The notes beneath the pieces are model-generated. The model ran no database searches. It saw nothing but the letters and a program-made list of their open reading frames with translations, and had not been told where the DNA came from. From Camelus ferus (lineage: Eukaryota), in the NCBI RefSeq assembly GCF_009834535.1, contig NC_045707.1, forward strand, positions 53,756,001 to 53,820,000: 64,000 nt of DNA, written 5' to 3'. A program made the translations under genes and the position numbers. Shown one piece after another: positions 39,868 through 51,885 of the stretch (position 1 is its first letter; every line of letters starts with the position of its first letter).

Positions 39868-39994
39868 TTTTTTAATGAAGGGGAGGTAATTAGATTTATT
39901 TGTTTATTTGTATTTGGAAGAGGGACTGGGGATTGAACCCAGGACTTCGTGCATGCTAAGCATGTGCTCTACCACTTGAGCTACACCCTCCCCC
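39868..39994 (-). mobile_element. tRNA-derived SINE (Vic-1 type)
   Basis: ctggggattgaacccaggacttcgtgcatgctaagcatgtgctctaccacttgagctacaccctcccc. Confidence 0.88.
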
Positions 39995-40729
39995 AGGAAG
40001 TGAGTTTTGAAGTCAATCCACTGGCAAGAGATTTTGGTTAACCTATGTCAAACAGTTCTGCTTTTGAAGGGCAGTTTAGTTTTGACTACTGGTATCTTTT
40101 TGATAATCTTTGATGCCTATAATTCTGAAACTCATAAGGCAGGGCAAAACCCACACCTAGAATTTTATGACTTGTTCAAGATGGTGAGTGATGGACTCAG
40201 AGTCCAGTAGCAGATACCACTGAAGAATGATTTTGTTATTCACTGAACTTCTTGATTATCAAATGATGAGTCTGTGCAATGCTGAAAGTACCTACCCTGC
40301 TGCTAGGATAACAATGGAAATATTTCTTTAGGATCTATGACAAACTCCTGTAATTAGGGTGAGGTTGGTACACATGCAGTTATTAATCAGGGGAACATTT
40401 AAATTTTATTCTATTCCAAATATACAGGATATTCAAACAGTCTTCTTAATGTGATAGCCCAATTTTTTACGTTCAAGGAATTTTAAACATATCTTTGGTC
40501 CACCAAGAAATGCTTCCTACATGATTGCTGCCAAGAGGACTGGAAACAATATATTTGGAAAAGATCTAGGCTCTGCTCTTATGAATGACATAATCTAACA
40601 CAGTAGTTTTAAGTTTTGTTTTGTTTTGTCTTTAAGTAAAGATCCAGAACACCACACATTGTCTTAATTCAGTGAATAAGTAGCCAAGATATGAAGCAGA
40701 AACAAAAGTTTCCTGAAATAATATTGAGT

Positions 40730-41650
40730 ATCGTGCTCTGATTTTTTCCCCCCTTTTCTCTACTTTCTTCCTAAGACTCCTGTGTCCTAAGACACAGACA
40801 GGGTATCTTCTGTGTTTCCTTTTGCTCTTTTCTAGAATTTTCAAGATCATGTTTCTCTGAACTTCATTTCGAATATTTTTTTCTGACCTATCTTTATTAT
40901 TACCCTCTAAAGCTGTTTTCTAACCTACTTTACAAACCATCCATTCTGTTTTGATTTCACCTATTGTTCTTTGAGTTCTATTTTTTGTTGGTTGTTTTGT
41001 TTTTTTAAAACAGACCTGCTGAATTTCTCAATCTCATTTATTATTTTTTGAACATGTACAACACCCTTATTTCAAACTCTCTGTGATGGTTCCATTATCA
41101 TGACCTGCTGTGGGTCTATGCATAGTGTCTCTGCTTTTCTTCGTTATTATTCAGGTCTCTCCTTTCTGTATTTCCTTAATTTGTGTTACATGCTAGGCAT
41201 TGAATATGGAAAATTTCAGAGGTATTTTGAGGTCTAGAATGATGTTATCTTTTCCTAAAGAGAATTCACATTAGCTCCTAGCACGCAAATAAAGGTCCCA
41301 CCAATCCTAGACCTCAGAGCTATGAGAGATCGAGACGTTTCCTCACTGAGCTTCAGTCCCTGCAAGATTCTGTCTATTTCGAGTTCATTTTCTTCTGGTG
41401 CGTAAACCCATCAAGGCGAGCAACATATGCCTGCGGTATTTATCAGGCATTGGGTAGCACCCAAGGGGAATAAAAATCTTCAGGATAACATAATTCCAAA
41501 ACCAAGCTCATCTTTCTGGGTTTCTTTCCTCTCCTGAATCTTTGCTCTGTAAGTCTTCCCTAAAATACTTGCTGTTCTACACTTTTGGTTTCATGCTTCA
41601 GTGTTTCTCTTTTCAGGGAAGCATCAGTCACAATTGCCTAGCTTGTCTCT
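40730..41650 (-). mobile_element. Old L1/HAL1-like fragment
   Basis: T-rich antisense-L1-like composition; weak recognition only. Confidence 0.4.
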
Positions 41651-42285
41651 CACTTGAGCTAAAAACGTCTCAAGGCAGTTAAAAGACCAAATTTAAATAG
41701 AAAACACAGTGCATACTTTTAAAAATATCTTTGAATTGTGTGTTCCTACATCACTGAAATTTTGTTTATTAACGTATGTCAATAATTTTCAAAGCTTTTT
41801 TCTTTAAACTTATTCTGAAATAAAAATATGCTGCAGATCTCAGGGTTTTCCCTTCACGTGCCACAACAAAGAGAGGATCTTGGTTTCAGCACCGGTTTTA
41901 GCAGTTCATCGCAATTCTTCCAAAGATATAGTGGGGAGATCTATTTTTCAGTTCTCTTTTAGTGTCTCAGATTGTGGTTTATTAGCTTGATTGAAAATTT
42001 TATGCTCGCCTATAGCCACAGCAGAAATAGATTTTTAATAGAAAACCATTAAAATTTCCATTGATGATCTTCTCACACATTTAAAGGCTTTGCCCATATT
42101 TAAAGAAAATAAAAGCAATCCTTCAGAACTATAAACCAGCTGGAATCATCCCACTTTCATTAAGGATGCTTGATCTGATTACATTTTCATGAATCTGAAT
42201 TTGTAAGAAACAGATTTTACTTAAAAGTAGGAAAACAATGTAGTAACTGTAGTTGCAGGAGGATTTACTTCTGGCAAAGATGAGA

Positions 42286-42299
42286 GCGCCCCCTATGGA
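42286..42299 (-). promoter_or_regulatory. Weak candidate CTCF site
   Basis: Minus strand TCCATAGGGGGCGC; perfect 3' half of the core. Confidence 0.35.
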
Positions 42300-43150
42300 C
42301 TAAAGAATGCAGCTATGCTGAGATTCCTGTTAAAATTTACACTTTGGAGATTTACACATATAAAAATATGATAATTTGTGCTCAAAGAGGTATTGTAAAC
42401 AATGGTCCTGAGTCATATTAAGGCTGGGAAAATATTGGAGAAATGTGCTATATATTTTATTATCTGATTTTAAAATTATTTATTAGAACAACAAAATAGG
42501 TTTTGTTCAATGCTGTGAAGATTTAACAACATTAAAATCTAAGCATATAACTATGATTTTAAAATTTTTTAAATATAATTTTTCTGTATTGATACTTGTT
42601 TATATCTTCAAAAGAAGGAGTCTGAATAACAATTCTTTAGATTATACTAACTTTATGATACTTCAAAACAGAAAGTCACAATAATTTTTTTAAAACTCAA
42701 GAAATATCACATATATTGCTCTATTCCTGCATTTTAAAAAACATATATAAAGTAAAATATGTGCATTTGATATTGAAAGTCAATGGCAAGATATTTATGT
42801 AAGAAGCCACTGATTAATTTAAATCTTATGTTAAAAATTGGTCCAACAGTAATAAAATGACTAAACTTCTAAAAGAAATGAGATCTTAGAGATCTATTAT
42901 ATTTCTGTGGATTAGGAATACCATCTAGTAGTCAAAAATATTTATGCCTCCCTAATTTTTCTTTTAAATAGATGCCTTGTGTCTGCCTATTCCTTGTTAA
43001 CTTTATGTCCCTTGAGCATATTCTTATTTTCTTTATAATTTCAAGTTTTGAATTTTTAGTAAAAGTAAAGAAAAAGTATTCTAAATCTATGAAAGCCTAT
43101 TTACTTGTAAAGGAGATGGCAGATAGATGAGAATATTTGAAAACAATATA

Positions 43151-43379
43151 CAGTTGACCTTGAACAGCATAGGAGTTGGGGCACTGAAACCCCATGCAAT
43201 TAGAAATCCAAGTATAATTTATAGTTTGTTCTTCATATACTTGGTTCCTCGGTATCCAAAGCTTAGTATCCATGGATTCAACCAACTGCAGATTGTATGA
43301 TACTGTAGTTACTATTGAAAAAAATCTGTGTGCCAGTGGACCCACGTAGTTCAAATCCCTGTTGTTCAAGGGTCAACTG
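43151..43379 (-). mobile_element. Tigger2-type (TcMar) MITE
   Basis: TIRs CAGTTGACCTTGAAC / GTTCAAGGGTCAACTG flanked by TA on both sides. Confidence 0.88.
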
Positions 43380-43640
43380 TATATTTTTAACTTGCACCCT
43401 GGTTTAAATTAATTTTGATGGAATAAAAAAATAAAATGTAGCAGAAAGTAAGAATTAAACAAGAATGTACTAAAAATATAAGTACTCACAATATATTGTT
43501 GGGTGTTTTGAACATTCGAATAGGAGATTAGTATTGATAACTATCAATGTTCATAAATATCTCTATGATAATTAAGTTTCCAACAAACCCCCAAATCGTT
43601 GCCTTTGAAATAAATATCCATACTTCAGCTACATGGGGAT

Positions 43641-44292
43641 TGTGGTAGGCTGAATAATGTTTCTCAAATATGTCCACATCAGAACTTGAAAATGGTGTGG
43701 GGAGGGTGTAGCTCAAGTGGTAGAGCGCATGCTTAGCATACACAAGGTCCTGGGTTCAATCCTTAGTACCTCCTCAAAAAACAAATAAATAAGTAAACCT
43801 AATTACCTCCCCCCAAATAAAAAAAATTTAAAAAAAAAAACAACAGAACTTGTAAATGTTATCTTACATGGCAAGTGGGACTTTGCAGATGGGACCAAGT
43901 TAAGGATAGTACCATCGAGGGACCATCTGGATTATGTGGGTGGGCCCAAAGTAATTGCAACAGTTTTCACAAGAGGGTGGCAGAAGGAGCCATAGGCAGA
44001 AAAGAAGGTAATGTGATAAGGGACATAGAAATTGGAGTGATGAGCTGTGAAGATGAAGGGAAGGGCTACAGGGCTACATGCAAGGAGTAGAAGCAACCAC
44101 TTGAAGCTGAAAAAGACAAGGAAACAGACTCTCCTCTCAGAGCCTCCAGGGTACCAGCCTGCAGATACGCTGACTTAGCCTCTAAAATGAGTTTCAGCCT
44201 TCTGACTTTCAGAACGGTAAGATAATAAATTTGTGTTGTTCTAAGATGCTAGATTTGTGGTAACTTGCTGGAGCAGCAATAGAAAGTGTGCA
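43641..44292 (+). mobile_element. MLT1 (MaLR) solo LTR interrupted by a SINE
   Basis: tgtggtaggctgaataatg...gggactttgcagatg...ttctgactttcagaacggtaagataataaatttgtgttgtt...gcagcaatagaaa. Confidence 0.82.
43699..43843 (+). mobile_element. tRNA-derived SINE (Vic-1 type) nested in MLT1
   Basis: ggggagggtgtagctcaagtggtagagcgcatgcttagcatacacaaggtcctgggttcaatcc plus A tail; TSD about CAGAACTTG(A/T)AAATG. Confidence 0.9.
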
Positions 44293-44308
44293 CAAATACT
44301 TTGCTGCT

Positions 44309-44480
44309 GGGGGAGGGTACAGCTCACGTGGCAGAGTGCATGCTTAGCATGCAGGAGGTCCTGGGTTCAATCCCCAGTACCCTCTCTAAAAATAAACAAG
44401 CCTAGTTATCTATTCCCCACCAAAATAAAATAATTAAATAATACAATAACATAAAAGTGAATAAATTAAAAATGAAAAAA
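44309..44480 (+). mobile_element. tRNA-derived SINE (Vic-1 type)
   Basis: ggggagggtacagctcacgtggcagagtgcatgcttagcatgcaggaggtcctgggttcaatccccagtac; TSD core TACTTTGCT. Confidence 0.9.
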
Positions 44481-47014
44481 TTACTTTGCTACCAATTGCT
44501 ATTTTTAGAGCCGTGAGTTTTTATTTGGGCCAGAATAGCCCTGTGATCTCATTGAGTATTTTAGTTCTAAACTGATTTTGATGTTTAGTTATTAGTATCC
44601 CATAAGAAAAAAAAATGTTTATCAAGCATTTTACTTAAAAGCTTTTTATCTTGAAATTCTAGATCTCTATTAGTGTAACTTATTAGAAGAAATACTGACA
44701 GCGTTTTCCACCTAACTCTTAGTGTTGGCTATCTTCACACATACTATTTCAAAGGCCTTCATTTACAGGGGTCTCCAAATGCTTTCCTAGCATCTGCTGG
44801 AAATAACTCACTGGCCCTGGGCCCACCTTCTATGCTGGAGATCCCAATTTTTATCTTTCCCTTTTTATCTTTCCCTTACTGTATACTATAGTCCATCTTG
44901 TTAAAAGTGTCCAGGTTAGCAAGGTTATTTAATAGGAGACATATTCTAATTAAATACCATCTGGTCTTTCTAAATAAATTAATATTCATGATGATGGTGT
45001 ATGTTTGTCTTCAGGTGAGTAATTAAGTAGAAATTGAGCCACATTCATTGTTGGTGGGCAGGGCCTGAACCGTTTCTCCTCCCACCTTCTGTAGGACCAG
45101 TGCTCACTTCTGTAAGCAGATGAACAGAAAAAGAAAAGACACGAAAAGAAAAGAACATCAAAATATGCAAGAAACAAGAAGGGACCTGAGACTGGATTTC
45201 CATTATCTTGTGAAGAGTGGTGACATCTTTAAAAGGATGATGGTGGGATGAAAGAAAGAATTGTGAGAAATGCTTGAGATAAATTTTGGAAGAGAGGAAA
45301 AATTAAAGGAACAAAGGAATATCCGTATACATGAACCCCTTCAGTTCATCAGTAACACACCTCAATTCTTTCTCTTCCTACCTTCTCCTGTACACACTTA
45401 TGTGGCACAAGGATATTCGTCACCTAAATAGGATGACAACTTCTACTCAGTTTTTGATCTAGTGGAGCGTCGGACAGGGGTGCTCAGAGACCCCCATGGA
45501 GAAGACTCATTTTCTCATGTCCCCTTTTGTCTCTTCTTGAGGGCAGTTAGGAAAGCCTCTGTATGGCACAAAAAAGAATATGTCTTAAAACTTTGGATTA
45601 AGGTCAATTTAAGTTAAAAATACCAAGGTCAATAATATATAAATGACAAAAAAAAAAAAAAAAAAACCAAAACAAAACCCTACTGGGTCAAAAGGAGGTT
45701 AAAAGTGAGGAAAATAATACAACTAGTTAACAGAATACTGACTAGTCAAGCTTTCATCCTAATAATAAGCTTTATAACTTGAATGTTTGAATTTATCTGA
45801 AAATGCATTTTATTCTCCACCGCAATATGGAAGAGTTCGAAGAAATTCACTGATCTTTCAGTAAAGTGATTTTTTTTCAGAAGGGTAAGAAAGACTTTAA
45901 ATCTCAAGAGTGGCACCATCATGTATTCAGCTCCTCTAATCTATTTCTCTATCCTTCTCCTGGATCTGGGCAAGATTCTAAGGATCCAGTTTTACCATAA
46001 AGAGTTAAGAATAGAATGCACAGTAACATACTCAAAAATACGTGTGTGGCCCAACATCAAGTCATTCTCCAACAAATCTGCAAGGACATAACCACTCTTT
46101 GATTAATCTAAGGCTAATCTACAAAGGAGATGGAGATATATTTAGCTCTTGTCAATTTTTAATTTGTATTGACTGCCTGACATTGAGGTGTTATAAATAC
46201 TTTGCTTTTTTTCATACTATTTGTCACCATTATGTGGTGATATAAGGCAAAAAATAAAAAATAATTTTAAAAGGATTTGCTTTTGTCACAAATAGTGATA
46301 TGAATATGTCCTGTACTTCCCTTTAATTCAAGAAAGAGATCCTATAATCTATGCACCGCTCTTTGTATCTTTTTTCCTCCTTTTACATTCTTAAAATTTT
46401 GAAGTGTGCAAGAAAAGTCTATCTGCCTTGCATACCTGAATATGAACTTATTTCTAGATACACAATCACAACAGAAAACTATACTAATGATGCTTTTAAA
46501 ATGGAACATATGATGATGTGACAAGAAATACTAGAATGTGTAAATATAAGTCACAGGTCCTTTTTTCAGGGTAAGATCAAGAAATGGAGTTTTAGGGGTT
46601 TTTTTAAGAGAGTAATCATGTAAGACTAATCTCCAAGATGATTAAAAAGCCATAAGAATGTTCTTTCCTTTAACTCATCTTGATTATTCTGAAAGGGAAT
46701 GTTGGAGACCCTCCAGGATACATGTGAATTACGTCCCAGAACTGACAGTGACTCAGAGCAGCAATCAGCTGAGAGGCAACGATGAATTCCACAGTCAAGG
46801 AGCGCAAAGCTTTTAAACAATTAAGCTTCTTAACCTACAGGGTAGATGTTTTATTTAGATAGCCTGTCACATGTCTACCTACATTTATTACATTACCTTT
46901 AATTATTTATTATCCCTTTAAATTGTCCATGAATATTCATTTTAGTCAGTTCCACTACTAGAAAAGTATTGGAGAAAATGGAAACATATTTAAATTGTTC
47001 TGGCTTCAAAATTC

Positions 47015-47875
47015 TGTTGCAGGTGATGTGATCTTATACGTAGAAAGTCCCAAAGATTCCATACCAAAAAACTGTTAGAACAAATGAATGAGTTTTGCAA
47101 AGAGGTAGAGTATGAAATCAACACACGTTAGTCATCAGGGAAATGTAAACTAAAAACAAAGTTCAATGCATGAGAATGACTAAGATTAAAAGGACTGATA
47201 CTAATAAATGTTGGTGAAAATGTAGAATTTTATCCATGACTGCTGGGATTATAACTTGGTTTAACATCTTTAGAAAGCGGTCTGGCTTTCTATAGAAAAT
47301 TGAAGAAACGTATTAATCTAAGAGCAATAACTCCACTCCTATGCTCTAGTCTAGGTGAATATGTAACTGTGTGCACCAAGAAACACATTTTAAAATGTTT
47401 ATAGTAGCATTATTTGTAGTCACAAAAGATTTAAAACATCCAAATGTCCATCAAGGGAAGAATGGATGTTTGTGGTGATTCACATTTGGCGTAAAAATAA
47501 ATGAACCACAGTCCCATACAACAACACAGATGAATCTTACAAACCAATGTTGAGCAAAGGAAGCGAGACACAAGTGAGTACATTGTGCTTGACTCCGTGT
47601 ATAAGACAGTCACAGCTAAGACAGGTTTAGAGAAACATGCTTTAGTGATAAAAAATATTTTTAAGAAGGTGAAAGTTACAAGAGTCAGGATTGGGATTAC
47701 TGTTAGAGATAGGTCCTGGCTAGGGATTCTGGGACTCTGGCAGTGTTCTATGTCTTCAACTAGATGGTCCTTACAAAAGTTTTGACTTTATAAAAGTTCA
47801 TCATACTGTACTTGTGGATTTTATGCATAGTTATGCAATGTATTTCCCGGTAAAATTTTTAAACATAAAAAATAC
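47015..47875 (+). mobile_element. Old L1 (ORF2 remnant plus L1ME-like 3' region)
   Basis: ttgcaggtgatgtgatcttatacgtagaaagtcccaaagattccata...aactgttagaac; acaacacagatgaatcttacaaac. Confidence 0.72.
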
Positions 47876-48357
47876 ATTTATTTTCATTTTGTTGTTGTAT
47901 TGCATTTACCAAGGAAAGTGGAAATTTGTCAAAATCTCTACCAGAAATTTACAGAGATGTATATAATTAACCCTGAGCATATGGGGTATCTGAAGTTGAC
48001 ATTTTAACCCAGGAAGTAGCCATTTCATCTCTCTCTGTGCATCTGATCACCCATCCCAAAATTGCCTGCATAATTTTCTGTGTAATTTTATGTGTTTTGT
48101 TCATAGACCCACTTAATAAGTTAAATTCTATTGTTAGCTCATTAGTTGCCTTCTCTATTATTGTTTCTGTTCCCAGGTCTAGAAAAAAATGTTCCACAGA
48201 GCAGTGACCTTGGAGAGCTGTTGTCCTTGGATTCCTGGTACTTACAACCTTGTCTGGCATGTACCAGGCGTGCAGGAAATAAGTTAGTGTTGATATAGGT
48301 GATATTTTTCAAAACGTGTCCATGGACAATGTCAAGAAATATTCCGTTAAAGAGGGT

Positions 48358-48973
48358 TCTCTCATTCCAATAACAATCAATTTAAAATTCTGTTTCCTAC
48401 ACAAGACTGTGTGCATATTTCTGTGTCAGGTGACTAGAGTTACAGAGGGGAAGATTTAGAATGAGGGTATTTTGGATGGAAACTTTAAAAAAAAAACAAA
48501 CAACTTTAGGCTGGAGAACTCCTAGAGTTATTCCAAACTCATTTTGTTTTCCACCAGCCACCAACCGCCTTCTCATTTTTCAGTTCGGTTTTTCAATCCT
48601 AGTTTGGGAAATAATGCAATAAGTACACGTGCTGAGACCAGAGTCAGAATCTCTCTATATTTATGAACAAAGGACCAACATGTATTTTGGACATGTACAT
48701 GAACTACAAAGGAGTATAACGACTTCAAAAAAAATCTGTGATTCGATGCAAAGAGACAATCGCGAGTCTTATTTTGCCCTCTTCCCAGGCACCCCAACAG
48801 TCTTTGAAATAAGTACACATTTCTATTTGGATCCTTCAGCATGATGCAAAGATGAAAAGTACCCAGTACATCATTGCTAGCCCTTTGAAAGGACTCTCTC
48901 ATCTCTTTGTGGAAGAATATACTTCAACCGGGGTCATTGCTATGCTTTTGGCAGCGGGTGATTTCTGAGACAC
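48358..48973 (+). repeat. Left arm of a 616-bp near-perfect inverted repeat
   Basis: Reverse complement of 50343-50958; identical ORF translations appear on opposite strands (48573-48902 - / 50414-50743 +). Confidence 0.97.
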
Positions 48974-50342
48974 ATTCTCACTGTAGCTCTTATTGAAGCA
49001 ATCGACATGCTGCATCAGTCCATAGGGGTCATCGGTAATGATGCGAAAGCCTTGTGTTGCCTCCATTATTTGTGACTAAAAGTTAGGGAAAACGTCTTCT
49101 AGAAGCATTCTGCCTCTGCAACCAGGGCACGCTCATTCACCGGGAAACGGGTAAACGTACACATTTAGCCAAATGCTCTGGCCCGTGGGTCAGAAAAGTG
49201 GCCATAAATATGTAAAGGAAAACAGCCTCTGTGATGTAATGAGGGAGTAGGGAAATTTATGACAGTCTGGGAGTGGAGGAGAAAAGCTTTTCTCCCGTCT
49301 ATAGCTCATGACAGGATGTGATGAAACTGCCCAATCTTACAATGTCAAAGGAGAACTGAATGAAATACAAATTCAGTATATTTTAAAGATTTTTTTCTCA
49401 AATTAATAAAGGGTGATCCTTTTTTTTTTTACCTCTAGGTTGGGATGGCCTGAAAGATATCAAGTTAACTGGCATAATATATTTACATGATAGAAAAATA
49501 CATGTGAAAATTGAGACAATGTCAATGTATTTTCACCCAAGGTTTAAATACAATCCCTTTTCAGTAAAAAATTATTCAATTAATGTATACATATTCATTG
49601 CATTGCCTAGCCAAGTGTTTCAGAAATATTTACATGTAACATATGTAGCACCAATTCCCTGGGATATTATTGTTTGCTTAAAAATAAAAAAGGTTTCCTT
49701 GATGGAAGAGGCCCCCACATGCCTAGTGTGGTCACTCCTTGAAGACATTGCACATAAACAATTGTACATGTCTTGCAACTGCTCATTACATTGTAGGTTC
49801 AATGGAACTCCACAATTTTGATGCCTAATGCCACAATTTTGATTCCATATGGCTGAGCCATAGGAAGCAATTATACCCCAAGCCCAGATGTGAAATCCAG
49901 AAGATATAGTTTGCAAGAGGTAGCTTTTTGCAACACTATAAGGTAATTATGCTGAGGTTTCATGGCGACATGTAAGGGATTTGGAAATACCCACTCTGAG
50001 TTCTCAATGACCAGAGGACGGCTTCCGGGGCAAGCAGAATAGCTCTACCAGCTATTCCACTGTGTCTTCTACAAGGAACAGCAAACGTGGGAAGTCACGT
50101 TCACCAACCATTTCCATGTGTTTTGCCTGAGTCTGCCGTAACTTCCTTAGGATTTATTTGTTGGATTGCTCATTTTTGGCAAACCTCTGGCCCATGACTC
50201 AGTAGAAATATTTCACACAAAGTTTGGAAAAGGCGCTGCTAAACAAAGTTAAACAATTCATTTAACTTTAGGATTCTGTACAGTCCTGAATATGCTAATG
50301 AATATCGCCATGAGGAAAATATAAGATGCAGGATTTCCTAAA

Positions 50343-50958
50343 GTGTCTCAGGAATCACCCGCTGCCAAAAGCATAGCAATGACCCCGGTTGAAGTATATT
50401 CTTCCACAAAGAGATGAGAGAGTCCTTTCAAAGGGCTAGCAATGATGTACTGGGTACTTTTCATCTTTGCATCATGCTGAAGGATCCAAATAGAAATGTG
50501 TACTTATTTCAAAGACTGTTGGGGTGCCTGGGAAGAGGGCAAAATAAGACTCGCGATTGTCTCTTTGCATCGAATCACAGATTTTTTTTGAAGTCGTTAT
50601 ACTCCTTTGTAGTTCATGTACATGTCCAAAATACATGTTGGTCCTTTGTTCATAAATATAGAGAGATTCTGACTCTGGTCTCAGCACGTGTACTTATTGC
50701 ATTATTTCCCAAACTAGGATTGAAAAACCGAACTGAAAAATGAGAAGGCGGTTGGTGGCTGGTGGAAAACAAAATGAGTTTGGAATAACTCTAGGAGTTC
50801 TCCAGCCTAAAGTTGTTTGTTTTTTTTTTTGAAGTTTCCATCCAAAATACCCTCATTCTAAATCTTCCCCTCTGTAACTCTAGTCACCTGACACAGAAAT
50901 ATGCACACAGTCTTGTGTAGGAAACAGAATTTAAATTGATTGTTATTGGAATGAGAGA
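50343..50958 (-). repeat. Right arm of the 616-bp inverted repeat
   Basis: By manual comparison, 2 substitutions and 2 single-base homopolymer indels versus the left arm. Confidence 0.97.
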
Positions 50959-51409
50959 GAAGGGTGAAGGTCATTGTGTATTATCTTCATATTTTGTCCT
51001 GAAAGGTGAAGATGCCTTACTGTTTCCTTTAATTAATGAGTTTCCTGTCTCTGTCTTCCATGCAGGACTTGTCTGAGACCCTCATAGATCACTGAATGAT
51101 GGTATTATGAATGAATGTGATTCCTGTCATTTTTCTTCAACAAAGCTCAGTGTACAATCCTAAGTTCTCTTTTCTTGATTAACGTTTCCTAGTTAACATC
51201 AGCAATGCAAATGCCAGCTATTACTGTCTATACAATTATGATTTTTAACTTTATAATTTGTGCCTCCAGCTTGATCTCTCCTGTAAGTGCTGTCTCCTAT
51301 ATTCAGCCACTTACCAGACAATTTACGTTTGGGAATATCAAAGACTGTCTCAAATATACATGAAACCCAATACGAGCCAATGTCAACTCATGAACTATGA
51401 CCTCCCTAC

Positions 51410-51885
51410 TGTGATAGGTTAAATTGTGCTCTCTCCAGAATTCATAGGTTGAAGTCCTAATCCCGGTGCCTCAGAATGTGAAATTATTTGGAAGGAGGGC
51501 AATTGTCAATAGACTTAATTGTCACTAGTTATGAGGAGGTCGTCCTGTAATAAGGTGGGCCCCTCATCCAGAATGACGGTGTTGTTATAAAAGGGAAAAT
51601 TTGGCCAGAGACTTACACACAGAGGGAGAATGCCAGTGAAGATGAAGGCAGAGCTCAGGCTGTTGTTTGTACAAGCCAGGGAGTGTCAGTCCTTGTCAGC
51701 AAATAACTAGAAGCTACAGGATTGGCATAGAATAAGTTCATCCTCACGGCCCTCAGAAACTGCTAGTCCTGCCAATACCTTGAGCTAGGACTTCAAGCCT
51801 CCAGACTGTGAGACTATAAACGTCCTCTGTTTAAGCCATTTAATTTGTGATACCTTTTTTCCAGCAGCCCTTGGAAAGAAATACA
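51410..51885 (+). mobile_element. MLT1 (MaLR) solo LTR
   Basis: tgtgataggttaaattgtgc...gttgaagtcctaatccc...cctcagaatgtga...gcctccagactgtgagac...gcagcccttggaaagaaataca. Confidence 0.85.

Noticed and set aside
43699..44380. tRNA-Ala genes (also 19710-19784 and 39925-39994)
   Set aside because: tRNA-like heads are followed by SINE bodies, A-rich tails and TSDs, and lack an intact acceptor stem.
49095..49112. Heat-shock element in the spacer (TTCTAGAAGCATTC)
   Set aside because: Only two correctly spaced nGAAn units; the third is out of phase.
48573..50743. Duplicated 109-aa and 71-aa ORFs as a gene pair or transposase
   Set aside because: They are a by-product of the inverted repeat; no recognisable domain; overlapping ORFs on both strands.
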